Below, piece by piece: positions 10,232-21,845 of a stretch of DNA of 64,000 bases. Below the pieces are notes generated by a model, which was given only the letters and a program-made list of their open reading frames with translations, was not told the DNA's origin and did not search any database. The stretch is from Candidatus Pelagibacter sp. (lineage in GTDB: Bacteria; Pseudomonadota; Alphaproteobacteria; Pelagibacterales; Pelagibacteraceae). The DNA lies in contig JBJLEB010000005.1 in NCBI GenBank assembly GCA_045566095.1, positions 5,458 through 69,457 on the forward strand, in the 5' to 3' direction. Both the position numbers and the translations under genes were made by a program. Positions within the stretch are counted from its first letter, which is position 1. Every line of letters starts with the position of its first letter.

Positions 10232-10473
10232 AATTTTTTTTGATTATGTGACCCATCACATAGGGGTTGATCGTTGGTTTGTTTACAAGTGCAGAAAAAA
10301 ACTTTTTTTGACTGCTCTGCTTTATAAGTTAGAGGTCCAAACTCAGAACCATCATGTGAACCATCACAAAAAGGTTGCTTTGAACTTTTTCCACAAGAAC
10401 ACCAGTAATAAGATTTACCTTCTAAAACATCTACTCCGATTGGAGCGTCTCCAGCCCATATTCCTTTTTTCAT
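10228..10473 (-). CDS. Two-domain CDGSH iron-sulfur protein (CISD3/MiNT-like)
   Basis: Two motifs: WCSCGKSSKQPFCDGSH and FCTCKQTNDQPLCDGSH. Confidence 0.93.
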   Translation of the reverse strand: MKKGIWAGDAPIGVDVLEGKSYYWCSCGKSSKQPFCDGSHDGSEFGPLTYKAEQSKKVFFCTCKQTNDQPLCDGSHNQKKL

Positions 10474-10526
10474 AAAATTTCCTTTTTATTGATTAATATC
10501 ATTTATCTATTAATGTATAAATAGTT

Positions 10527-11240
10527 ATGAGTAACATTAGGTTATATTTTCCAGATAATATAGTAGAAAATACTACAAGTTTACTTTCAAAAGAACATAC
10601 TCATTATGTTGTAAATGTCATGAGAATGAAAAGGGGTTCTAATATAAATTTTTTCAATAAAGAAGGAGAATGGTTAAGTGAGATAATTTTTTTAGATAGA
10701 GATAGAGTTGAAGTAAAATTTTTAAATAAGATCAAAAAATCTTCGAAAATATCAAATATTGAACTAGCAATTTGCTTAGTTAAAAAAAATCCTATGGAAA
10801 CAATTTTACAAAAAGCTACCGAACTTGGAGTGAGTAGAATAACCCCAATAATTTCTGATAGAACAGAAGTAAAAGAATTAAATTATGAGAGAGCAAAAAA
10901 GATAGTGATAGAAGCAACAGAGCAGTCTAATCAATTAAATCCTCCTGAAGTTTCTAAAGTAATTAAACTTAAAGATTTTTTAGAAAAGCTTGATAGTGGA
11001 GCTAAGTTTTTATTTGCAGATGTTAATTCTCAAAATAATCTTCAAAAAAAAGATGTAGAAGGAGATACTTTAAAAACCATATTAATTGGACCTGAAGGAG
11101 ACTTTTCACCTAGTGAGCGAGAGTCTATTTTAGCTCAAGCTAATACGACCTCTTTCACAATATCTAGTAATGTACTTAGGTCTGACACAGCCGTTATTAG
11201 CGCTATTTCATTGGTAAATTTTATCAATAATTCTTATTAA
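10527..11240 (+). CDS. rsmE: 16S rRNA m3U1498 methyltransferase
   Basis: HY...VMR, QKATELGV, EATEQS, IGPEGDFS and LRSDTA motifs. Confidence 0.95.
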   Translation: MSNIRLYFPDNIVENTTSLLSKEHTHYVVNVMRMKRGSNINFFNKEGEWLSEIIFLDRDRVEVKFLNKIKKSSKISNIELAICLVKKNPMETILQKATELGVSRITPIISDRTEVKELNYERAKKIVIEATEQSNQLNPPEVSKVIKLKDFLEKLDSGAKFLFADVNSQNNLQKKDVEGDTLKTILIGPEGDFSPSERESILAQANTTSFTISSNVLRSDTAVISAISLVNFINNSY

Positions 11241-11291
11241 TTGTCGCATTAATTGAAATTGTTAAATTATTTAAAAGCTGTATAAAAACTT

Positions 11292-13720
<2,429 letters not shown>

Positions 13721-13721
13721 A

Positions 13722-14642
13722 TTGAGTCAAATAATTATAAAATCTAGGAACTCTAAATTAAGTTTAGCATTTAACTTTCAATCATTTTTTAACTTAATGA
13801 AGCCGAGAGTTATGTCTCTTGTTTTGTTTACTTGTATGGTAGGTTTATTAATAGCACCGTCAACCATAGAATTATCATCATCATTATTATCTTTACTAGC
13901 TGTTGCTATTGGTTCAGGAGCAGCTGGAGCATTGAATATGTGGTACGAGTCAGATTTGGATGCATTAATGAGTAGAACTTGTTTAAGGCCAATACCAACT
14001 GGAAGAGTAAAAAAAAATCAAGCTTTATACTTTGGAATATTTTTATCATCAATCTCTATAGCGATGCTTTACTATTCGGCAAATTTAATTTCTGCGGTGC
14101 TTCTAGCCTCTACTATTGGTTTTTATTTTTTTATTTATACAATTTGGTTAAAGAGAAAAACTCCACAGAATATTGTGATTGGGGGAGCAGCTGGAGCTTT
14201 ACCGCCAGTTATAGGCTGGACGATTGCAACAGGTAGCGTTTCGATAGAACCAATAATATTATTTTTAATAATTTTTCTTTGGACACCATCACATTTTTGG
14301 GCATTAAGTTTATACAAGTCTGGTGATTATAAAAAAGCTAAGATTCCAATGCTACCAGTCATTTCAGGAACAAAAACTACAAAACTCAATATTTTAATTT
14401 ATGCCATAGCCATGGCTCCAACAATAGCAGCCCCTTATATTTTTAATTTTGCTAGTTTATTCTATTTGATAGTCTGTTCTTCAATGACCGCATATTATAT
14501 TTATTTGTGTTTTAATTTATTTAAAGCAAAAAAAACAAAAATAACAAATATTTTAGCAAGAAAAGTTTTTATTTATTCAATTTTTTATTTATTTTTTATT
14601 TTCTTAATAATTCTTATTGATAATTTGATGACAAAAATATGA
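13722..14642 (+). CDS. ctaB: Protoheme IX farnesyltransferase (heme O synthase)
   Basis: LMKPRVMSL, D.LM.RT..RP.PTG, NIVIGGAAGA.PP.IGW and WTP.HFWAL motifs; TTG start. Confidence 0.96.
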   Translation: MSQIIIKSRNSKLSLAFNFQSFFNLMKPRVMSLVLFTCMVGLLIAPSTIELSSSLLSLLAVAIGSGAAGALNMWYESDLDALMSRTCLRPIPTGRVKKNQALYFGIFLSSISIAMLYYSANLISAVLLASTIGFYFFIYTIWLKRKTPQNIVIGGAAGALPPVIGWTIATGSVSIEPIILFLIIFLWTPSHFWALSLYKSGDYKKAKIPMLPVISGTKTTKLNILIYAIAMAPTIAAPYIFNFASLFYLIVCSSMTAYYIYLCFNLFKAKKTKITNILARKVFIYSIFYLFFIFLIILIDNLMTKI

Positions 14643-14752
14643 TGAATAAAAAGAAAAAAAATATAATTACTGCAGTAATTTTAGTTTTATTTATGATATT
14701 TTTATTTGCTTTAACATTTTATAATATAGGTATTTATAATAGAGAAATATAA
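14639..14752 (+). CDS. 37-aa single-helix membrane protein (CoxF-like by position)
   Basis: Manual translation MMNKKKKNIITAVILVLFMIFLFALTFYNIGIYNREI*. Overlaps the ctaB stop (ATGA) and the ctaG start (TAATG), filling the gap exactly. Confidence 0.8.
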   Translation: MMNKKKKNIITAVILVLFMIFLFALTFYNIGIYNREI

Positions 14753-15303
14753 TGAATATAAATAAAAAAAAACTTACACCTATAGCATTAGTATCAATAT
14801 TTTTTTTAATGTTAGGTTTGTCATTCGCAGCAGTTCCTCTATATGAATTATTTTGTAGAGTAACTGGTTTTGGTGGAACCACACAAAATGCGAGTAACAA
14901 AGAAATTCCTAAAATTATAATAAATAAAGATTACAAAATGAGATTCGACACGAATACTAATGGGTCATTAAACTGGAAGTTTAATTCTGAGTTTAACACT
15001 TTAGATCTTAAGCCTGGAGAAGTTCATACAGTAAAATTTAATGTGGAAAACCCAGGTAGCCAACCATCTTCGGGAACTGCATCTTTTAACGTATCACCAT
15101 CTCCATTTGGAATATACTTAAACAAAATAGGATGTTTTTGCTTTGAAAAACAAACACTCAAGGCAGGGGAATCCAAAGAATTTGCCCTTACATTTTTCTT
15201 GGATCCTAAAGTTGTAGATGATAATAAAACAAAAAATATAGCTGATGTGACATTATCATTTACGTTTTTTTCATCAGATTATTATAAAAAGGATAATTCA
15301 TAA
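14752..15303 (+). CDS. ctaG: Cytochrome c oxidase assembly protein CtaG/Cox11
   Basis: FAAVPLY.LFC.VTGFGGT and the copper-binding CFCF motif. Confidence 0.97.
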   Translation: MNINKKKLTPIALVSIFFLMLGLSFAAVPLYELFCRVTGFGGTTQNASNKEIPKIIINKDYKMRFDTNTNGSLNWKFNSEFNTLDLKPGEVHTVKFNVENPGSQPSSGTASFNVSPSPFGIYLNKIGCFCFEKQTLKAGESKEFALTFFLDPKVVDDNKTKNIADVTLSFTFFSSDYYKKDNS

Positions 15304-15305
15304 TT

Positions 15306-16097
15306 ATGTCTTCAGACGAAAAAAAACATGGATTTCATTTAGTAGACCCTAGTCCTTGGCCTATCTACGTATCATTTGCAACTTTAGTTCTTGCTTTTGG
15401 TGCGGTGTATTACTTTCATACAAAAACTCTTTGGCTTCTTTTATTAGGATTTGCGTTAGTAATTTATGGAGCGTTTATGTGGTGGAGGGATGTGATAGAG
15501 GAAGCTGAGCATCAAGGCCATCATACACCTGTAGTTCAGATTGGTCATAGATATGGGATGACACTATTTATTGCCTCTGAGGTAATGTTTTTTGTTGCTT
15601 GGTTTTGGGCATATTTCAATGCAAGTTTATTTCCTACGGAGGCAATAGGAGGAACTTGGCCCCCAGCCGACATAAAAACTTTTGATCCTTGGGATATTCC
15701 ATTAATCAACACTTTGATACTTTTGCTTTCAGGCACAACTGTTACTTGGGCACATCATGCTATGTTAGAGAATGACAGAAAAGGTTTAGTGAATGGTTTA
15801 ATCGCTACAGTTTTTCTTGGCTTTATTTTTAGCTGTTTACAAGCTTATGAATATCATCATGCAACCTTCACCATAGATGGAAACATTTATGGAGCAACAT
15901 TTTATATGGCAACAGGGTTTCATGGATTTCATGTTATTGTTGGAACAATTTTTTTAGCCGTATGCTTATATAGATCTATGAAAGGCCATTCCAACTCAGA
16001 ACACCATTTTGGCTTTGAGGCAGCAGCATGGTATTGGCATTTTGTTGATGTTGTATGGTTATTCTTATTTGCTGCTATTTATATTTGGGGAAGTTAA
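15306..16097 (+). CDS. coxC: Cytochrome c oxidase subunit III
   Basis: HLVDPSPWP, FIASEVMFF, TGFHGFHV and AWYWHFVDVVW motifs. Confidence 0.98.
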   Translation: MSSDEKKHGFHLVDPSPWPIYVSFATLVLAFGAVYYFHTKTLWLLLLGFALVIYGAFMWWRDVIEEAEHQGHHTPVVQIGHRYGMTLFIASEVMFFVAWFWAYFNASLFPTEAIGGTWPPADIKTFDPWDIPLINTLILLLSGTTVTWAHHAMLENDRKGLVNGLIATVFLGFIFSCLQAYEYHHATFTIDGNIYGATFYMATGFHGFHVIVGTIFLAVCLYRSMKGHSNSEHHFGFEAAAWYWHFVDVVWLFLFAAIYIWGS

Positions 16098-16104
16098 GCT
16101 TTAA

Positions 16105-16758
16105 TTGAAAAACTTAATTCTATTTAAAATATTTGTTTTTTTTTTCATTACATTATTTTGTATTCTTGGAACTTGGCAACTGCATAGATTACAATTGAAA
16201 CAAGGTTTAATTAGTCAAATAAATATGGGATTAAAATCGAACCCAATCAAATTTTCTCAAAATATTAATAAAAATTATCAAAGGGTATTTTTAGTAGGTA
16301 AATATGATTTTAAAAATCAGATATATCTTTATAGTTTAAACGACCAAGGTCAACCAGGCTTTGATGTCATAACTCCTTTTGAAACAATCGTTAAAGAAAA
16401 TGTATTAGTAAATAGGGGTTGGATAAGAAAGGAATATAAGAGCAATCCTAATATAAATATTTTATCTAAAAATATAACGGGCATGCTAAGGCATGCTAAT
16501 AGAAAAAATTTTTTTACACCTGATAACGATACAGATAAAAATATATGGTTTTCAATAAACCTAAAAGATGTCCAAAAAATCACGGGCAAAAAATTCAATA
16601 AATATATTGTATATTTGGAAGATCAAAATATAGAATTACCAAAACCTAAAAAAATTACTGTTGATGTGCCAAACAATCACCTCAAATATGCTATAACGTG
16701 GTATTCAATATCAATATCAATATTGTTTTATTATTTATACTTTAGACGGAAAAAATGA
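16105..16758 (+). CDS. surf1: SURF1 family oxidase assembly protein
   Basis: LGTWQ..R, VLVNRGW and NNHL.YA.TWY motifs; end of the cox operon; TTG start. Confidence 0.93.
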   Translation: MKNLILFKIFVFFFITLFCILGTWQLHRLQLKQGLISQINMGLKSNPIKFSQNINKNYQRVFLVGKYDFKNQIYLYSLNDQGQPGFDVITPFETIVKENVLVNRGWIRKEYKSNPNINILSKNITGMLRHANRKNFFTPDNDTDKNIWFSINLKDVQKITGKKFNKYIVYLEDQNIELPKPKKITVDVPNNHLKYAITWYSISISILFYYLYFRRKK

Positions 16759-18131
16759 AATATTTTAGCACAAGAAACAAGTCCTTAGAATTTGGCTTTA
16801 AAGATATATTTCTAAGAGGTTTAGCACCTGATGGTGGGTTGTTTTTGCCTTCTGAAATAAACCAATACACTCAAACTGAACTCGGAATTTTAAGCAAGCT
16901 ATCTTATGTAGAGTTAGCTACAGAAATTATATTTAATTTTTGTAAAGATGATATAGATAAAGATCAACTTAGAATTCTTATAGATAAAGCATACAGTAAC
17001 TTTAAAAGCAAAGAAGTTGTCGAATTGAAAAAAGTAGGAAATTACAATCTTCTTGAATTATATCATGGTCCAACTTTAGCTTTTAAAGATATAGCTATGC
17101 AAGTAATAGGTAATTTGTATGATACTCTTAAAGTATCAGAAGATAAAACTGTCAATATTGTAGTTGCTACATCAGGAGACACTGGTTCAGCTGCCATATC
17201 TGCATTAAATGATAGAAAGAATATTAATGTATTTGTTCTACATCCTCATAATAGAATTTCAAATATTCAGAGAAGAATAATGACTACAATAGGTTCAAAT
17301 AATATTTTTAACATTGCTGTTAAAGGTACATTTGATGATTGTCAGAAAATTGTAAAAGACATGTTTAACGATAATAATTTTAGAAAAAAAATAAACATGT
17401 CAGGAGTTAATTCTATTAATTGGGCAAGAATTATTTGCCAAATAGTTTATTATTTTTATGCAGTTTTCAAAATTGGAAAACAAAATATAAGTTTTTCTGT
17501 TCCAACAGGAAACTTTGGAGATATTTATGCAGGATATATGGCAAAGAAAATGGGCCTACCGATAGATAAGTTAATTGTTGCAACTAACGATAATGATATT
17601 ATGCAAAGAGTTATTAATACAGGACAGTACAAGCCTGATAAAGTAAAACCATCTTTATCTCCAAGTATGGATATCCAAGTATCTAGTAATTTTGAGAGAC
17701 TGCTTTTTGATATTCTAAAGGAAGATGATAAAAAAGTGACTTCGTTGATGAATGATTTAAAAACAAATGGTTTTTTTAAATTAGAAAAAGACTCAATTGA
17801 ACTTATTCAGAAGCATTTTTATGCTGAAAAAATCAGTGATGAAGAAACTTTAGCTATCATTAAAGAACTAAATATAGAGTCAAAATTTGTACTAGATCCT
17901 CATACAGCAACTGCTTTTGGAGCGGTAAAAAAAATTAATAATATTTCAGAAGTTGTTATTTTGGGGACTGCACACCCTTATAAATTTTTAGAGACTGTGA
18001 AAAAGGCGACTGGTGAGGAGGTAAAAGAACCACCACAACTGACAAATGCAGTAGATAAAGAAGAAAGATTTGATATATTAGATAATAATATTTCAAAAAT
18101 CAAAAACTACATTTTAAATAAAATTATATGA
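16755..18131 (+). CDS. thrC: Threonine synthase
   Basis: Y.STR, GLAPDGGL, HGPTLAFKD, ATSGDTGSAA and VPTGNFG motifs. Confidence 0.97.
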   Translation: MKYFSTRNKSLEFGFKDIFLRGLAPDGGLFLPSEINQYTQTELGILSKLSYVELATEIIFNFCKDDIDKDQLRILIDKAYSNFKSKEVVELKKVGNYNLLELYHGPTLAFKDIAMQVIGNLYDTLKVSEDKTVNIVVATSGDTGSAAISALNDRKNINVFVLHPHNRISNIQRRIMTTIGSNNIFNIAVKGTFDDCQKIVKDMFNDNNFRKKINMSGVNSINWARIICQIVYYFYAVFKIGKQNISFSVPTGNFGDIYAGYMAKKMGLPIDKLIVATNDNDIMQRVINTGQYKPDKVKPSLSPSMDIQVSSNFERLLFDILKEDDKKVTSLMNDLKTNGFFKLEKDSIELIQKHFYAEKISDEETLAIIKELNIESKFVLDPHTATAFGAVKKINNISEVVILGTAHPYKFLETVKKATGEEVKEPPQLTNAVDKEERFDILDNNISKIKNYILNKII

Positions 18132-18613
18132 AAATAAAGGAAGGTGAAAAATTACCTAAAGCAGAGTTTTTTTATTTGGACAGCAATGGAGTAAAAAAAA
18201 TAAAAACTGACGATTTATTTCAAAGTCAGAAAGCTATTATAATTGGAGTTCCTGGAGCTTTTACAAAAGTCTGCTCTGAAAGACATTTACCAGGATACGT
18301 AAATAATTTTAAAGCAGCTAAAAAAAAAGGAATAACAAAAATTATTTGTATTTCAGTCAATGACCCAAATGTGATGAAAGCATGGGGCGAGGTACAAAAG
18401 GTTAATGAAAAAATTTTTATGGCCGCTGATCCTTATTGCAGGTTTACCAAATCTATAGGTGCTGAAATAGATAGAACTGATAGAGGATTGGGAATAAGAT
18501 CTAAAAGATACACAATGCTAGTAGATAACAGTATAGTTAAATTAATTAAAGAAGAAGAAGACACTGCAGTATGTGAAATATCAGCAGCAGAAAATTTTAT
18601 AAAAGATATCTAA
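18128..18613 (+). CDS. Peroxiredoxin, Prx5/redoxin type
   Basis: PGAFTKVCS (PxxxTxxC), HLPGY, SVND..VM.AW and RS.RY motifs. Confidence 0.92.
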   Translation: MKIKEGEKLPKAEFFYLDSNGVKKIKTDDLFQSQKAIIIGVPGAFTKVCSERHLPGYVNNFKAAKKKGITKIICISVNDPNVMKAWGEVQKVNEKIFMAADPYCRFTKSIGAEIDRTDRGLGIRSKRYTMLVDNSIVKLIKEEEDTAVCEISAAENFIKDI

Positions 18614-19038
18614 TTTTTGATGGCTTTAGTAGCTAGTTCATCGGCTAAATTATTATATTTGTTATTAGAATGTCCTTTAACCCATTTCCATATAACTTGA
18701 TTTTTTTGACATAATTCATTCAATTTTTTCCAAAGATCTGTATTTTTTACTGGTTTTTTATTTGAGTTTTTCCATCCATTTTTTTCCCATTTTTTTATCC
18801 AATCGGTAATTCCATTTTTTACATATATAGAGTCTGTAAAGATAATTACTTTAGATTTAGACTTTATTTTTTTTAAAGCCATTATAGGGGCTAGAAGTTC
18901 CATACGATTATTTGTAGTTTCTCTAGCTTTACCTGAAATATTTTGTTGTTTTCTTTTTTCATCAAAAATTACTGCTCCCCATCCTCCAGGACCAGGATTT
19001 CCAGAACAAGCACCATCTGTATAAATTGTAAATTTCAT
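18610..19038 (-). CDS. rnhA: Ribonuclease HI
   Basis: YTDGACSGNPGPGGWG, TTNNRMEL, WVKGHS and ADELA motifs. Confidence 0.98.
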   Translation of the reverse strand: MKFTIYTDGACSGNPGPGGWGAVIFDEKRKQQNISGKARETTNNRMELLAPIMALKKIKSKSKVIIFTDSIYVKNGITDWIKKWEKNGWKNSNKKPVKNTDLWKKLNELCQKNQVIWKWVKGHSNNKYNNLADELATKAIKN

Positions 19039-20006
19039 TAAAAGAAATAATCCTCAAAATTTTTTGAATTTTTATGAAACTCAAGTCGTTTCAAATACTC
19101 AATAGGATCCTTTATTTTTACAATTGCACCTTCAATTATATTCAACGAATCGAATACTCTTGTAAGTAAAAATCTTAATGCAGCTCCTTGAGATAAAACT
19201 TTGATATTTTTTTTTTCTTCATCTGAAAGTTTTCGAAGTTTAGAGTAACCATCAATAAAGTTTTTTGCTTTAGTAACATTAAAACTTAAATTATGTTTTT
19301 GCCCATCAAAACATAAAGCATTGAAACAAACAGCAATTTCAAAAGAATAAAAATCGTTACAAGAAAAATAAAAATCAATTATTCCGGTAAATTCTTCATT
19401 TTGAAAAAAAATATTGTCACTAAATAAATCAGCATGTATTATCCCACTAGGTAAGTTTTTCGGCCAGTTTTTTTCAACATTAATTAAATTTGCTTCAATT
19501 AGTTTAGGTAAATCTTTATCTATTTTAATACATTGCTCCTTGACAGAATTAAAAAGCTTTCTCCATGATTTGATTGATAAATCATTGTTTCGTCTAATTT
19601 TAAAATCTTTTGTAATTTCATGCATTTTAGCCACTTCATAACCTAATTGTTTACAGTCTTTAGGCGTGAGGGCTAGTTTTGCCTTACCCTCCAAAAAAGA
19701 AACAATCATTAACTTTTTTCCGTTATATTCTGTAATTGTTTCATTTTGATTATTTACAATAGGCACGGGGCATTTAAAATTTTTATTATTTAATTCTGAC
19801 ATTAATTCTGAAAAAAAAGGTAAATCTTTTGGATTAACTCTTTTTTCATAAATAGTTAGTATATATTTTTTTTCTTCTACTAATAAATAATAATTTGTAT
19901 TTTCAATACCTTCTTGAATTCCTTTAAAAAATTTCAATTTACCTATAGAATAGTATGAAAGAATTTCTTCAATATTTTTTTTTTCAAATTTCGTATAAAC
20001 GGCCAT
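19038..20006 (-). CDS. thrB: Homoserine kinase, type II (APH-like)
   Basis: MAVYT, GI.EG.ENTNY, IHADLF.DN, IDFYF and LRFLLTR motifs; ispH-thrB-rnhA synteny. Confidence 0.95.
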   Translation of the reverse strand: MAVYTKFEKKNIEEILSYYSIGKLKFFKGIQEGIENTNYYLLVEEKKYILTIYEKRVNPKDLPFFSELMSELNNKNFKCPVPIVNNQNETITEYNGKKLMIVSFLEGKAKLALTPKDCKQLGYEVAKMHEITKDFKIRRNNDLSIKSWRKLFNSVKEQCIKIDKDLPKLIEANLINVEKNWPKNLPSGIIHADLFSDNIFFQNEEFTGIIDFYFSCNDFYSFEIAVCFNALCFDGQKHNLSFNVTKAKNFIDGYSKLRKLSDEEKKNIKVLSQGAALRFLLTRVFDSLNIIEGAIVKIKDPIEYLKRLEFHKNSKNFEDYFF

Positions 20007-20951
20007 TTAATTAAGTTGTTTTGGTAGTTTAAAAATTACTTTTTCTTCTGCAACAATTACCTCTTCTATTGTTACTTTTCTATCAGCTCTAATCTTATCT
20101 AGTAAATTTTGAACTAATTGTTCTGGAGCAGATGCGCCTGATGATATGCCAATCGTTTCAGAATTTATTAAATCCTCCATTGGAACTTCTTTTTCAAAAT
20201 AGATTAACATTGAATTTTTACATCCTGCTTTTTTGGCTACTTCTACTAATCTTACAGAGTTAGATGAGTTACGACTCCCTATTACAAAAAACATGTCACA
20301 TTTGGGTGCAATCTTTTTTACTGCTAATTGTCGATTTGTTGTTGCATAACAAATATCTTCTTTAATTGGTTGTTTAATATTAGGGAATTTTTCTTTTAAT
20401 TTATCAATTATTTTTGCCGTATCATCAACAGATAGCGTAGTCTGCGTGATGTATGCAACTGAATTTGAAAATTGATTTGTGTCCAACGAAGCAACATCTT
20501 CAACTGTTTCTATTAGCTTTATTGAACCTTTTGGTAACTGACCCATTGTTCCAATTACTTCAGGATGATTATTGTGACCAACCAGTATTATATCGTAACC
20601 TCTTTTGTATAACTGTTCAGACTCTCTATGAACCTTAGATACTAGAGGACAAGTCGCATCTACATACGTCAATTTTTTTTGTTCAGCTTCTTCGGGAACA
20701 CTTTTAGGAACACCATGCGCAGAGAAAATGACTGGTCTAGTATTATCTTTAATATCAGAAAGCTCTTCTATAAAAACTGCTCCCTTTTTTTTTAAATCCT
20801 CTACTACCTGTTTATTATGAACAATCTCATGTCTTACATAAACAGGTTTTCCATATTTATTTAATGATTTTTCTACAATTTCAATAGCTCGTTTTACACC
20901 AGCACAAAATCCTCTTGGTGAAGCTAAATATATTTTAAGATTTTTTTTCAT
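20007..20951 (-). CDS. ispH: HMBPP reductase
   Basis: PRGFCAGV, SAHGV, DATCPLV, DICYATTNRQ, NSSNS and SGASAPE motifs. Confidence 0.98.
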   Translation of the reverse strand: MKKNLKIYLASPRGFCAGVKRAIEIVEKSLNKYGKPVYVRHEIVHNKQVVEDLKKKGAVFIEELSDIKDNTRPVIFSAHGVPKSVPEEAEQKKLTYVDATCPLVSKVHRESEQLYKRGYDIILVGHNNHPEVIGTMGQLPKGSIKLIETVEDVASLDTNQFSNSVAYITQTTLSVDDTAKIIDKLKEKFPNIKQPIKEDICYATTNRQLAVKKIAPKCDMFFVIGSRNSSNSVRLVEVAKKAGCKNSMLIYFEKEVPMEDLINSETIGISSGASAPEQLVQNLLDKIRADRKVTIEEVIVAEEKVIFKLPKQLN

Positions 20952-21844
20952 TTTTTTTCCAAAAGGTATTCAAGCAATATATGCGGAAATGTGAGTGACG
21001 CCAAACCAATAAAAATTACCTTCAAAACTGAGTAATTAAATGAATAAAAATTGTTTAAGATAAATAATCCAACTAAAAATAGTAACCCTGTTACTATTGT
21101 CAAAGGCAAGGCTTTTTGGAAAAAAATTTTTGTTCCTTTTTTTAAATTTTTATTATCTATTTCATATATGAGAGCAACTGAATGTCTTATTGAGTGCAAA
21201 AAACAAAAATAAATTGTAAAAGCTATTATTGGAGAAAAAGTATAATTAAGTATTATTATAGTAAAACAATCAACAAATGGAAATATAAAATCCTTATTTA
21301 TTATGAAACTACTTAAAACACTTACTATTATTAATGTTAATAGAATGCTTGAATTAATATTTTCAATTTTTAAATTTAGAACTTCAAAAATTTTTACTGT
21401 TTCATCAAAATTAAAATATAATGGAGCTAATATTATTAAAGAACCCTTTAAAAAAAGGAATAAACTTAAATATTTAGTTCTATTTTTTTTGAAAACATTG
21501 TCTTCTTTTCCAAAATGAAAAGCTGCAATAATCAAAAATAAAACTAAAGTTATCTCAGGTAAAATTATCCATAAAAATATCACAAATGTTGAAAAAGCAA
21601 TATATGATAAATAAAAATACAGACTTTTTTTAATTTTAAATTTTTTTAAAAGTTTCATGCCCTTATAATTATCTAATGCCCCGTGGGAAACTCCAATAGA
21701 GGCAATTAAGAAAAAACAGATAATTAATATTAACTCATTATTTAAACTAAAATTAATATCTAGGCTATTTTTAATTATAATTAAAAATAGAGATATCAAG
21801 CACAGAGAAAGAGAGTGCATTTTATTTAAGAAATTGACTTTCAT
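20948..21844 (-). CDS. blh: Beta-carotene 15,15'-dioxygenase, Brp/Blh family
   Basis: Polytopic membrane protein with His motifs G.SHGALD, FHFG..D, LHS.RH and LT.PH; follows crtIBY. Confidence 0.93.
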   Translation of the reverse strand: MKVNFLNKMHSLSLCLISLFLIIIKNSLDINFSLNNELILIICFFLIASIGVSHGALDNYKGMKLLKKFKIKKSLYFYLSYIAFSTFVIFLWIILPEITLVLFLIIAAFHFGKEDNVFKKNRTKYLSLFLFLKGSLIILAPLYFNFDETVKIFEVLNLKIENINSSILLTLIIVSVLSSFIINKDFIFPFVDCFTIIILNYTFSPIIAFTIYFCFLHSIRHSVALIYEIDNKNLKKGTKIFFQKALPLTIVTGLLFLVGLFILNNFYSFNYSVLKVIFIGLASLTFPHILLEYLLEKK

Positions 21845-21845
21845 A

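Noticed and set aside
14691-14900. 69-aa minus-strand ORF
   Set aside because: Antisense to ctaG and to the better-supported 37-aa ORF; no motif.
20948-21844. Proteorhodopsin
   Set aside because: The membrane protein has Blh His motifs and lacks opsin motifs such as RYxDW and the helix-G retinal Lys.
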